Below, piece by piece: positions 39,896-49,292 of a stretch of DNA of 64,000 nt. Below the pieces are notes generated by a model. The model made no database searches and was not told where the DNA came from. It worked only from the letters and a program-made list of their open reading frames with translations. This DNA is from an uncultured Gammaproteobacteria bacterium (GTDB taxonomy: Bacteria; Patescibacteriota; Microgenomatia; Levybacterales; GWA1-39-11). Numbering within the stretch: position 1 is the first letter of the stretch; the number at the start of each line of letters is the position of its first letter. The DNA lies in the NCBI GenBank assembly GCA_964511305.1, contig CAZEEU010000004.1, positions 4,093 through 68,092 on the forward strand. Reading direction: 5' to 3'. Position numbers and translations under genes: made by a program.

Positions 39896-41386
39896 ATGAA
39901 TGAAGCATCAGAAGCTATGGTTCAACAACCAGTTGAACAACCTATAGGGGGGTCAAAAGCGGATTATGATGCTGTAATTCAGAGAAGCTTTGCAAGAACA
40001 GAAGCAAAGTGGAGACAAGAAAGAGGACCATCTGCCGAAGGGGTTCCATACGGTTACTTACTAGCCACAGATCATTTTCTTGCAGAACCATCAAATCCTT
40101 CCCAAGCGTTGGAATATTTAAAGGGTGACGCTTTTGATCAGCTTGATCTACGCTTTGCGCTTCAAACAACTCTTAACTATTTAGAACTGAGAAATGCTGA
40201 AGGTAAATGCAATGACGACGAGCTTAAAACGCTTGATAATGTCAAAGACCTTACGGGTTCAGATGACCCCGAGAAAGCAATATCCCAGATTAAATCCACA
40301 ATAAGAAGCTTTCTACCACAAGATGACATTGAATCATTTCTTCCAGATACTACTCCGGAAGGCGTTAGAAAAGATAATCTAGGAATAAAGGAAATTGCGT
40401 CACTTGCTCGGCTGATTCTTCGCGATGATGAGCATAAGGCACCTGAAGAAATGTCTGAAGTTCATAATAATTGTGTCCAACTCATCAAAAGAAGTCAGGA
40501 GGAAAGACTAAATATAGCGGAAAATGATCGCTCTAGAAGAACTGCTCTCACAACAGTCATGGAAAAACTTCAGAATGAGGATGATACTCTCACCTTCTTT
40601 GAGGGCCATGATCCTATGTCTCAAAAGGTTCTATATCATTTTTCGCAAAATCCTGGATTACTTGTGAAAGCATATCTACATGACCTTGACACTGGTAAAC
40701 CAGAAATCATTCAGGAAGGTGAATTAATAAAAAAAGTTGCCGCTGTTTTGGGTGACCATCCAGAAGCAGAATTTCTAAAAAGATCTGCTGAATCAGTTGA
40801 AAATAGAATGCGAGGACTTTTAACTCGTTTATACGACCCAAAAACCGATCAGTACAGATTGTCCGTAACGGAATTCATTAACTCGGAAAAAGAGCTACAT
40901 AAAAAGCTAGAAACTCTCCCTGATGAGCCAGAACCAAATCCAACTCCTATCACTCCTGAACCCGAAATTGCTGTACCTTTAAAGATGGATTCCGTTGAAG
41001 ATGTTAGAAAAGAAATTGATTTAGAAAAATTAGCCCCAGGTATTAATAATGTAGTACTTGAAGGAGTAAAAAAACATCTAGAATCCGGGCAAGTAACGTA
41101 TACTCACAAGCAAGTCGAACAACTTTGGGATGTTGATAGACACAGCAGGAGACAAATTCATACAAATGGATATGTTAATCCAACTGTTGGGCGTGACCAC
41201 CATCCCGAATACACACCAACTGAAGCAATCGCCACAGTAGTATTTCGGGATTATGATGGGCTACAGGTAAATAATAGATTACGAAATGCAATTTATGACT
41301 TGATTGACAGAACAATTGAGTCTCAAAAACAAGCAATAGAACCAACGTCTACATCTTCTCAACAGTCTCAATCCCAAGTATCGTAA
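39896..41386 (+). CDS. large (496 aa) acidic hypothetical protein
   Basis: No TM, no known motif; Pro/Glu-rich linker mid-protein. Confidence 0.5.
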   Translation: MNEASEAMVQQPVEQPIGGSKADYDAVIQRSFARTEAKWRQERGPSAEGVPYGYLLATDHFLAEPSNPSQALEYLKGDAFDQLDLRFALQTTLNYLELRNAEGKCNDDELKTLDNVKDLTGSDDPEKAISQIKSTIRSFLPQDDIESFLPDTTPEGVRKDNLGIKEIASLARLILRDDEHKAPEEMSEVHNNCVQLIKRSQEERLNIAENDRSRRTALTTVMEKLQNEDDTLTFFEGHDPMSQKVLYHFSQNPGLLVKAYLHDLDTGKPEIIQEGELIKKVAAVLGDHPEAEFLKRSAESVENRMRGLLTRLYDPKTDQYRLSVTEFINSEKELHKKLETLPDEPEPNPTPITPEPEIAVPLKMDSVEDVRKEIDLEKLAPGINNVVLEGVKKHLESGQVTYTHKQVEQLWDVDRHSRRQIHTNGYVNPTVGRDHHPEYTPTEAIATVVFRDYDGLQVNNRLRNAIYDLIDRTIESQKQAIEPTSTSSQQSQSQVS

Positions 41387-43073
41387 GGCCATTTTTTAGT
41401 ACATTTCCTACTGCTTTTGTAAGGGACAGTCGAAAAGTCTCTTTTTCTCCACCTATAATTTTGCATTTCTGATAAAACAAATTGTATTTTTGAGAAAGCT
41501 CGAATAAATAATTACATAGTAAATTTGGAGCAAAATCCTGCGCAGCCATTGTTACATGGTATGGATATTGGGTAAGAAATCGTAAAAGTTCTGACTCTTC
41601 TTTCTCAAGATTTCTTACTTCTTCATTCTTAATTCTTAATTCTTGATTCTCGCTTTTAGAAAGCACACTCTGCGTTCTGACATAAGCGTATTGAAGATAC
41701 GGCCCAGAATTACCTTCAAGTGTTATAGATTCTTCAAAAGAAAAATGGATGTCAGCAGGAATTGAAAATTTAAGCATTGAATATTTTACAGATCCAATAC
41801 CGACCTTATTTGCAGTGTCTTCATCCATATCAGTAAAAGCTGTTTTTACCCGAGAAACCGCCTCGTCCAGTAACCACGATGCAGTAATAACGTCTCCTGT
41901 ACGAGAAGACATTTTCCCTTCTTTAAGCCGAACATGCCCAAAGGTCAAATGCTTAGTCTTAGAAGCAAGATCTGGTGAGATTTTTTTAAGTGCCGCAAGC
42001 ATTACATGAAAATACTCGAGTTGTTCATTGCCTGTCAGAACAACAGATTGGTCATAGGCAATATCTTCATTTTTTAAAATTGCTAAAGCCAAATCCTTAC
42101 CTTCATAAGTTGCGTAATCTTGGGACGTCAAGAAAACACGAGTATGCAGTCCATCTTTTTCACCTCTATAAACAACTGCTCCATCACTTTTTTCAAACAC
42201 GCCGTCATCAATATGCGAGAGAACTATTTCCTTCCCCTTTTTTGCCGTAGAAGACTCAAAATAATATTTATCATAGTGAATGCCTGCTCTTTTATATAAT
42301 TCTTCAAAGTGATCAAGACTCACTTTTCTCCCCGCTTCCCATAAGGGTTTTATTTCGGGATCATCATTGTAGACTTTCTTATTGAGCTCAGTTATTTCTT
42401 TCTTTGCATTCTCATCTTCCTCAAACATTTTTGCACCCAAAATATAGCCCTCGGCAAGATCCTTAACAGTTAATTCCTCGCTATCCGCTATCCGCTGCAT
42501 AATTCCCCACAAACACTTTGCAACATGCATACCAACATCTCCTTGATAATTGGCGCGTATAACCTCATTTCCTTGAGACTCTAAAAGCTTTGAAAAGCTT
42601 TCACCAATACAAAAATTTCTTAAATGACCTATATGGATTTCTTTAAAGGGATTAGGATCTCCAAATTCAACTACAGTTTTTTGCCCGCCTTGACTGGCTA
42701 TCTCTTGATGCGAGGTAGGAGGATTTACGTTACTCGAAGTGCCAAAGGTCGTACCATCTTGAGCAACTTCTGTTAACATATTTAAGAGGTAAACCTCTTT
42801 TAGGTAAAAGTTAATAAATCCAGGCCCGGCAGGCTCAATTTTCTCAAAAATATCTTGTATTTCTGTGTTTTGTTGTAAAGAAGATATTATCTCTTCTGCC
42901 AGTTGCCTAGGATTGGAATTCTCGATTTTCTTCGATGCAATAAGTGAAATATTTGAGGAAAAATCTCCAAATTGTAGATTTTGAGACAAAGACACTTCAA
43001 ATTCGACAGAAATGTCTCGACTTTTGAGCCATTTCTCAAGACTATCCTCAATTAATTGTCTAGGATTTAACAT
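41349..43073 (-). CDS. argS: arginine--tRNA ligase
   Basis: Class I HIGH motif (HIGHLRN), Arg-tRNA synthetase N-domain and DALR-like anticodon-binding C-terminus. Confidence 0.9.
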   Translation of the reverse strand: MLNPRQLIEDSLEKWLKSRDISVEFEVSLSQNLQFGDFSSNISLIASKKIENSNPRQLAEEIISSLQQNTEIQDIFEKIEPAGPGFINFYLKEVYLLNMLTEVAQDGTTFGTSSNVNPPTSHQEIASQGGQKTVVEFGDPNPFKEIHIGHLRNFCIGESFSKLLESQGNEVIRANYQGDVGMHVAKCLWGIMQRIADSEELTVKDLAEGYILGAKMFEEDENAKKEITELNKKVYNDDPEIKPLWEAGRKVSLDHFEELYKRAGIHYDKYYFESSTAKKGKEIVLSHIDDGVFEKSDGAVVYRGEKDGLHTRVFLTSQDYATYEGKDLALAILKNEDIAYDQSVVLTGNEQLEYFHVMLAALKKISPDLASKTKHLTFGHVRLKEGKMSSRTGDVITASWLLDEAVSRVKTAFTDMDEDTANKVGIGSVKYSMLKFSIPADIHFSFEESITLEGNSGPYLQYAYVRTQSVLSKSENQELRIKNEEVRNLEKEESELLRFLTQYPYHVTMAAQDFAPNLLCNYLFELSQKYNLFYQKCKIIGGEKETFRLSLTKAVGNVLKNGLTILGIETVEKM

Positions 43074-43113
43074 ACATGTAGTGTAACTGAAGCAGATCTT
43101 GAACTCAAGAAGA

Positions 43114-44010
43114 CTATTCTAGGTGGAGGGTTTTAAGAAAATCTCTAAATTCACCACCGATTGAAGGATGAGCTAGGGCAAATTCAACAATCGTCTTCAT
43201 GTATTCGATTTTATTTCCCGTGTCGTAATATTTTCCATCCTTTATCTCGTAAGCAAGAACCCTCTTTCCATCCCCAAGCATAAGCTTCAACGCATCATTA
43301 TAATAAAGCTCATCACCGTCTCTTAGATTATTTAGAGCTACATCAAGATATTGGAATATATCAGGAGTAAGTATAAAACCACTAACGGTCGCAAGATCGG
43401 AAGGTGCATTCATCTTGCCTGGTTTTTCGATAATAGTCTTTGCATCAATCAATCCGCTTTCTATTTCCTCTCCTCCAGCAAATCCATATCTGTCATAGTC
43501 TTCATCTGATTTTGCTTTTACCGATGCAAGAATAGAACAATTATATTTTTCATAAACATCTATCATTTGTTGAAATCTTGATCGCGGTGCAGCTTTTATG
43601 AAGTCGTCGCTCCATGTATAGATAAAAGGTTCATCCCCAACTATAGAACGGACATTCATGAGTGGAGTTCCATTTCCGTATGGCCCTTTCTGACGTACAT
43701 AGATGAAATTAGCCATAGATGCTATTCTTTCAGCTTCTTCCAAAAACTTCATCTTCTTCTCTCCACCCATCCTTAAATTCTCCGCAAGCTCCATTGATGG
43801 CCTATCGAAATGATCTTCAATTGTCCTTTTGTGAGAACCAGTTACTATAATAATGTCTTCAATTCCTGCCTCAACAAGCTCCTCAACAATGTATTGAACG
43901 ATTGGCTTGTCTACAACTGGAAGCATTTCTTTCGGCATTGCTTTTGTCTGAGGAAGGAACCGGGTTCCAAAACCGGCGGCGGGGATTACTGCTTTTCGAA
44001 TTTTTGTCAT
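43114..44010 (-). CDS. galU: UTP--glucose-1-phosphate uridylyltransferase
   Basis: KAVIPAAGFGTRFLPQTKAMPKEMLPVVDKPIVQY signature. Confidence 0.9.
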   Translation of the reverse strand: MTKIRKAVIPAAGFGTRFLPQTKAMPKEMLPVVDKPIVQYIVEELVEAGIEDIIIVTGSHKRTIEDHFDRPSMELAENLRMGGEKKMKFLEEAERIASMANFIYVRQKGPYGNGTPLMNVRSIVGDEPFIYTWSDDFIKAAPRSRFQQMIDVYEKYNCSILASVKAKSDEDYDRYGFAGGEEIESGLIDAKTIIEKPGKMNAPSDLATVSGFILTPDIFQYLDVALNNLRDGDELYYNDALKLMLGDGKRVLAYEIKDGKYYDTGNKIEYMKTIVEFALAHPSIGGEFRDFLKTLHLE

Positions 44011-44130
44011 GTGCCTAGATTAGGATTTACTATAAATAAAGCTCCCAGTATCTCTGAGCTTACGCTCGGAATTATTAAGTGCTCGCAGAATAAGTCTAAA
44101 ATGAATAGCAAGAATTGTCAAACGCCTTTC

Positions 44131-44350
44131 GGTCTCTACTCAAGCTTGAGTATTTACAAAATAGCTTCCCATTTCTGTTATGAGATCTTCGATATATCTG
44201 GTATGAGCCTTTTCAGTCTCTATCAGATATGTATTTGAATTTCAGCTCATATCTGATATGAGCCCTCGCGAGCTCCATCAGATACATTGTCTTTACAAAA
44301 TGAACCTGTATCTGATATAATTACTTCTTAATATCCGATAGAGACTAAGG
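44131..44350. promoter_or_regulatory. dense array of palindromes upstream of secE: a 16-bp perfect palindrome TACTCAAGCTTGAGTA, plus 5-6 copies of a TATCTGATA/ATATCAGAT-like motif including the perfect CTCATATC-T-GATATGAG
   Basis: Read directly: 44138-44153; 44194-44210; 44219-44231; 44247-44263; 44278-44291; 44308-44322; outer inverted repeat GTCTCTATCAGATAT (44217) / ATATCCGATAGAGAC (44332). Confidence 0.4.
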
Positions 44351-44392
44351 TCCCTATATTATTTTGGATTAAAAAAGCAAGAAAATTGATCA

Positions 44393-44566
44393 TATGATCA
44401 AGTTCATAAAAGAAGTAAGAACAGAACTTTTAAAAGTAACCTGGCCTACAAGAGCCGAAACAATCAAGCTCACTTTAATTGTTGTAGGGATCTCACTTCT
44501 TGTCGGAATTTATCTGGGTGGACTCGATTTCTTATTTACTGAAATGCTCAAATTTCTTGTTTCGTA
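44393..44566 (+). CDS. secE: preprotein translocase subunit SecE (57 aa; below the ORF-track size cut-off)
   Basis: MIKFIKEVRTELLKVTWPTRAETIKLTLIVVGISLLV...: conserved W-P-x-R-x-E then one TM; directly upstream of nusG. Confidence 0.75.
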
Positions 44567-44585
44567 AAAAATAAAAAAAACAAAT

Positions 44586-45416
44586 ATGGCTAATACAGAC
44601 GATTTAATAAAAGACGAAGAAGTAATGGACGCAGCAACAAATGCTGATGCGTCAGATGTCTCTCTTGATGACATGATGGCTGCTGCTGTTGAACCAACTC
44701 CAGCAGACGAAGAGACAACCGAGGAGACACCATCAGAATCAACAGAAGAAGCAACTCCAGAAGCTACGGAAGAAGAATCAACAGACTCATCAGACAATGA
44801 AGTTGTAGACGAAGTTGTTGAAGAAAATGCTGAAGAAGTAAAAGTGGAAGAAGCAACTCCAGTGGCTAACCCACTTCCAGCAAGAAAAGACTACAAAGGC
44901 AAATGGTACATTGTTCATACCTACTCAGGTCATGAAAATAAAGTTGCAAGAACCCTGATGCAAAGAGTCCAGGCAATGGGATTTGAAGAAAGAATTTATG
45001 ACGCATTAGTCCCTACAAGAGACACCATTAGAGTCCGCGGAGGAAAGAAAGAAACCATAAAAGAAAAGATTTTCCCAGGATACATCTTGGTTAATATGGA
45101 TCTTTCTGATGAAGCATGGGTCCTCGTTAGAACTACTCCAGGTGTTACATCATTTGTAGGCGCACAAAACAAACCAACTCCAATAAGAGACGACGAGGTC
45201 CAAGCAATCGTTGCATTCGTAGGCCAAAAAGACCCAGTCTACAAAGCTCAATTCTCAGTTGGTGAAGCCGTTAAAATTACTGATGGTCCTTTCTCAGACT
45301 TTTTGGGAACTGTTGAATCAATTGATGAAGCTAAAGGAAAGATTAAAGTACTTGTAAGCATCTTCGGGCGAGAAACACCCGTTGAGCTTGACTTCCTTCA
45401 GGTAGCAAAGATATAA
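44586..45416 (+). CDS. nusG: transcription termination/antitermination factor NusG with ~90-aa acidic N-terminal extension
   Basis: NGN domain [15 protein letters not shown] and KOW motif; N-terminal D/E/T-rich low-complexity tail. Confidence 0.9.
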   Translation: MANTDDLIKDEEVMDAATNADASDVSLDDMMAAAVEPTPADEETTEETPSESTEEATPEATEEESTDSSDNEVVDEVVEENAEEVKVEEATPVANPLPARKDYKGKWYIVHTYSGHENKVARTLMQRVQAMGFEERIYDALVPTRDTIRVRGGKKETIKEKIFPGYILVNMDLSDEAWVLVRTTPGVTSFVGAQNKPTPIRDDEVQAIVAFVGQKDPVYKAQFSVGEAVKITDGPFSDFLGTVESIDEAKGKIKVLVSIFGRETPVELDFLQVAKI

Positions 45417-45485
45417 TCTGAAGCCAAGTTGAGAATGGCAAAAAAAGTAAGCAAAGCTTGCTTTTTCAGCAAAAAATAAAGACTT

Positions 45486-45911
45486 ATGGCTAAAAAAGTA
45501 AAAACATACATTAAACTTGCCATCAAAGGTGGCGAAGCAACGCCTGCACCACCAGTTGGTACAGCACTCGGTCCTCACGGACTTCCAATCATGGATTTCG
45601 TGAAGGCATTCAATGACAAAACCTCTGATCAAAAGGGAATTCTTCTTCCAGTTGTTATTTCTGTCTATGAAGATAGAACCTTCTCATTCATCGTTAAAAA
45701 ACCACCGATGTCAGAGCTTATTAAAATGGAACTTAAGATACAAAAAGGATCTATGAAGCCAGGACGAGAAGTTGCAGCTACTCTAACTCGAGAACAAGTT
45801 ATAGAAATTGGCAAAAAGAAAATGGACGATCTCAATACCAAAGATGAAGATATGGCAGCGAGAGTTGTCATGGGAACAGCCCGATCAATGGGAATTAAGG
45901 TACAGGAGTAA
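45486..45911 (+). CDS. rplK: 50S ribosomal protein L11
   Basis: IKLAIKGGEATPAPPVGTALGPHG canonical L11 N-terminus. Confidence 0.95.
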   Translation: MAKKVKTYIKLAIKGGEATPAPPVGTALGPHGLPIMDFVKAFNDKTSDQKGILLPVVISVYEDRTFSFIVKKPPMSELIKMELKIQKGSMKPGREVAATLTREQVIEIGKKKMDDLNTKDEDMAARVVMGTARSMGIKVQE

Positions 45912-45962
45912 AAAAAGCGCTCAGAAAACAGCGTACAGTTTTCAAAATAAATATTAAATAAC

Positions 45963-46877
45963 ATGGGAAAAATAAGAGTTAAAGGATTTGATGAGGCAAC
46001 TCCTGAAGAGGAGGCAAAGTTAAAAGCAAAAAAAGAAGCTAAAAAGGCTGAGAAAATGGCAGCTAAAAATGCTCAAAGAGCTTCAGAAGGCAAAAAAGTT
46101 AACCCTCAAAGTGAGGAAATGATCGCTTCTATAACCACTGATGAACCAAAATCAACAGAGGCTACAGTTGAAGAAAAAGTAACCGTCGAAACAGTTGAAG
46201 AAGAAAAGCCTGCTCGCCTCGCAGAAGACGAGACGAAGCCAGCAAAGAAAGCAAAAAAAGAAAAATTTGCTAAAGCAAAAGGAAAAACAGAGTCAAAAAG
46301 ACATAAGTCAAATCTCACGCTTGTTTCAAAAACCCAAACATACACTATAGATCAAGCTTTGGAAGCTCTCAAGAAGTTCAAAAAATCAAGCTTTGATGAG
46401 ACTGTAGAGCTTCACATCAACACAAAAGAAAAAGGTATTAGCGGTCAGGTTATACTTCCACACGGCACAGGTAAAACACTCGTTATTAAAGTTGCTGATG
46501 ACACAATTATTGCAGAAGTTGCTAAAGGAAAAATCAATTTTGATGTCCTTGTTGCAACTCCATCAATGATGCCACAACTTGCTCGTGTAGCAAAAATCCT
46601 AGGACCACGAGGTCTTATGCCAAATCCTAAAAATGGCACAATAACTGAAGACACGGCTAGCGCCGTGAAAAAACTTGCAGGTGGACAAATCAATTTCAAA
46701 ACAGAATCTGAGGCTCCTATCATTCACGCTAGAGTTGGAAAAATAAGCTTTGACGATGCAAAGCTAAAAGAAAATATAAAAACTTTTATCACATCAGTTG
46801 GAAATGACAAAATTAGCAACGTTACCCTCAAGTCTACAATGAGCCCAGCCGTAAGGTTGGATTACCTATCTTTATAA
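45963..46877 (+). CDS. rplA: 50S ribosomal protein L1 with ~110-aa Lys/Glu/Ala-rich N-terminal extension
   Basis: L1 core ...ELHINTKEKGISGQVILPHGTGKTLVI...PIIHARVGKISFDD; N-terminal charged low-complexity extension. Confidence 0.9.
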   Translation: MGKIRVKGFDEATPEEEAKLKAKKEAKKAEKMAAKNAQRASEGKKVNPQSEEMIASITTDEPKSTEATVEEKVTVETVEEEKPARLAEDETKPAKKAKKEKFAKAKGKTESKRHKSNLTLVSKTQTYTIDQALEALKKFKKSSFDETVELHINTKEKGISGQVILPHGTGKTLVIKVADDTIIAEVAKGKINFDVLVATPSMMPQLARVAKILGPRGLMPNPKNGTITEDTASAVKKLAGGQINFKTESEAPIIHARVGKISFDDAKLKENIKTFITSVGNDKISNVTLKSTMSPAVRLDYLSL

Positions 46878-46892
46878 TTAGACACGATTCTT

Positions 46893-47405
46893 ATGTCTAT
46901 AGAAGAAGCACCAAGAAGAGTTATTCCAGTCGAAGGTCAATCGTTATCTGCTACTCTCGAGATTCCGGAAGCTTTACAAGGCAAAATCCCATATCCAAAG
47001 AGTGCAAAAAACACCCGAACTGTTATCAATACGTATAGAATGAATTGGAAACGTGCGGCAGACGATCTGCGTGCGCTAAGCCAAACGCAAGAGATGGGGC
47101 CACCAATTGCATCTTTTTTTGATGTATTTCCAGAAGAAGGAATTCTTGCCGAACTAAGTACTGTTTTACCTCTTATCGGTCTTAATGATAGTACAATGGC
47201 GCGTCAGGTCAGAAGTGACCTAAAACTTGCAAGAATGGAAGGGGAAGCCACCGACCATACCTTTTGGAGATTCTCTAAAGAAGAAATGGCACAATATATG
47301 ACTGGTCTTATTGCAAGGAAAAAAGTCAATTACTATGCTAGTATGCGTAGGCATCCGGAATTCTTTACAACGCCTGAATCCTCAATTTACAACCCAGAGC
47401 AATAA
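46893..47405 (+). CDS. hypothetical protein (170 aa)
   Basis: ORF only. Confidence 0.45.
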   Translation: MSIEEAPRRVIPVEGQSLSATLEIPEALQGKIPYPKSAKNTRTVINTYRMNWKRAADDLRALSQTQEMGPPIASFFDVFPEEGILAELSTVLPLIGLNDSTMARQVRSDLKLARMEGEATDHTFWRFSKEEMAQYMTGLIARKKVNYYASMRRHPEFFTTPESSIYNPEQ

Positions 47406-47527
47406 ATAGCTTAGGATCTGCAAATTGCAGCTTTACAAGCACATATTTCTCAAAAATATATTGGTGACAAAATACTGAAGATTCCTGAAAGTCCCCCTAA
47501 AGAAGAATATTTCACCCTACTCTAAAA

Positions 47528-47556
47528 TTTTACTTTTTATATATTATAGGATATAA
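47528..47556 (+). promoter_or_regulatory. sigma70-like promoter (TTTACT-17nt-TATAAT) firing into the GC-rich leader of the RAM-domain gene
   Basis: Read from sequence; AT-rich promoter abutting the GC-rich segment. Confidence 0.4.
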
Positions 47557-48060
47557 TGATGCCCTGTGAGTTAAGCCTAGCCTTCCCCATGGGAGAATCT
47601 AGGCTGAAGTTCGCTCTCTGACAACAGAAGCCAATTTAGACCAGTCCGGTAGCAATATCGGGCCCAAAAACCCTGCAATTGCAGGAGAGGAGTTATTCGT
47701 TGAATACTGTTCGAGCCCTCGTGCTCATCAATGCCCTGGAGGGCAAGCGAAATGACCTCGCCAAAACGCTCTCGGCGTGCGATTCGCACATCGAAGGCGT
47801 TGGCTCCGTTCAGCGCATCCAGGGTCCCTTCGATTTGGCCATCGTGGTCGAACGCGAGGACGAGCTCAGGTTTGCTCAAACGATCGCTCAGATCGAAGCA
47901 AATCCGGATGCTCAAACCGTAATCGCGTGCAGGTACGTTTATGACCCTGCAGACCTCCCGGATAACTCCGGGGATTACGTGCCTGACGGTCACTAACCGG
48001 CTTCTGTTCTCGTCCTCGGGTGCGCTTGCGCGCCCGGGGACTTTCTCTAAGTTACTTCTG
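47557..48060. other. GC-rich island 2 (~0.5 kb): structured ~140-nt leader, small RAM-domain gene, GC-rich 3' hairpin
   Basis: Abrupt GC shift; CTGCAA(A)TTGCAG palindromes at 47418-47430 and 47671-47685. Confidence 0.55.
47700..47996 (+). CDS. stand-alone Lrp/AsnC-type ligand-binding (RAM) domain protein, ~98 aa, TTG start, high-GC codon usage
   Basis: VRALVLINALEGKRNDLAKTL...GPFDLAIVVEREDELRFAQTIAQIEANPDAQTVIA matches the beta-alpha-beta-beta-alpha-beta RAM/AsnC_trans_reg fold; SD GGAGAGGAG 7 nt upstream of the TTG. The antisense ORF 47577-47993 is judged spurious. Confidence 0.6.
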   Translation: MNTVRALVLINALEGKRNDLAKTLSACDSHIEGVGSVQRIQGPFDLAIVVEREDELRFAQTIAQIEANPDAQTVIACRYVYDPADLPDNSGDYVPDGH

Positions 48061-48065
48061 GAAAT

Positions 48066-49235
48066 TTATTTTAAAGCTTCTATTCCGGGGAGAGTTCCAT
48101 TCTCTATGTACTCAAGCATTGCTCCACCACCTGTAGAAATATGAGTAATCGTTTCTAGATACTCCATCTTGTCAATTGCAGCCAATGTATCACCACCACC
48201 AACTATCGACACTAGATGAGGATTTTGCGCAATTGTGTAATATAAAAATTGGGTCCCACGAGCATACTCAGGATTTTCCATATACCCTACTGGCCCATTC
48301 CAAATAAGAGTTTTTGAAGCCAAAATTGCTTTTGCATAATCTGATTGCGCTTCAGGTCCAATGTCCAAAATCATGTCGCTTGCCCCGACTTCTGAAATCT
48401 TTTTGACTACACTGTCATTTCCATCCATAGTACCTACCAATACATCTCGCGGTAACATAATTTTTGTATTCTTATCCTTTGCATGTCTCACGATCTTTTT
48501 TACCTCATCAACCATATCGCGTTCGCAAAGACTCTTGCCAACTGGGTATCCAAGTGCAAAAAGGAGAGTATTTGCAAGTCCTCCACCAAGTATTAAGTAG
48601 TCTGCTCTTTCTGTTAATTTATAAAGCAATTTCAGCTTGGTTGATACTTTAGCACCACCAATAATTGCAGCGAATGGATGATTTGGATGACGCATGGCAT
48701 GTCCTATGGTTTCTACTTCCCGCTCCATAAGAAGCCCTCCATAATGCGGTAGATATTTGGGGACCTCTGTAATTGACGCACAATCCCTATGACTTACACC
48801 AAAGGCATCATTTACATACACGTCAGCAAGAGCCGCTAATTTTTTAGCAAAATTTACATTAGCATCTTCTTCCTCCTTATAGAACCGTATATTCTCTAAG
48901 AACAGTATATCTCGAGTCGTTTGCGACTCAAAATGCTTCTTGGCACCTTCAGACTCAAAATCATCAATGACTGTTAGGTTGTAGTCTGGAAGATATGAAT
49001 GCAGACGCCTTGCAATTGGTCGTAATGCCAATTTTTCATCCCACCCCTTTGGGCGACCTAGGTGCGAGACAATAATGAGCCTGTTATCGTCCTTTAGAAG
49101 TTTTTTAATTGTCGGAAGTGCTGCACGAATTCTAGCATCATCGGTAATTTTATTGCCGCGCATACTGACGTTAAAATCTACACGAAGAAGAACCTTCTTA
49201 TTTCGGATATGCGCTTTGTCAATGTAAATAATCAT
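48066..49235 (-). CDS. pgk: phosphoglycerate kinase
   Basis: N-terminal KKVLLRVDFNV and overall PGK architecture. Confidence 0.9.
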   Translation of the reverse strand: MIIYIDKAHIRNKKVLLRVDFNVSMRGNKITDDARIRAALPTIKKLLKDDNRLIIVSHLGRPKGWDEKLALRPIARRLHSYLPDYNLTVIDDFESEGAKKHFESQTTRDILFLENIRFYKEEEDANVNFAKKLAALADVYVNDAFGVSHRDCASITEVPKYLPHYGGLLMEREVETIGHAMRHPNHPFAAIIGGAKVSTKLKLLYKLTERADYLILGGGLANTLLFALGYPVGKSLCERDMVDEVKKIVRHAKDKNTKIMLPRDVLVGTMDGNDSVVKKISEVGASDMILDIGPEAQSDYAKAILASKTLIWNGPVGYMENPEYARGTQFLYYTIAQNPHLVSIVGGGDTLAAIDKMEYLETITHISTGGGAMLEYIENGTLPGIEALK

Positions 49236-49292
49236 GATCTTTGATTAAGGATTAATTGATTAATGATCGTTAAAGCATTTAATCTTAGATCA

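Noticed and set aside
47577-47993. 138-aa minus-strand ORF across island 2
   Set aside because: Antisense to the much better supported RAM-domain gene (SD + domain match); composition-driven open frame in GC-rich DNA.
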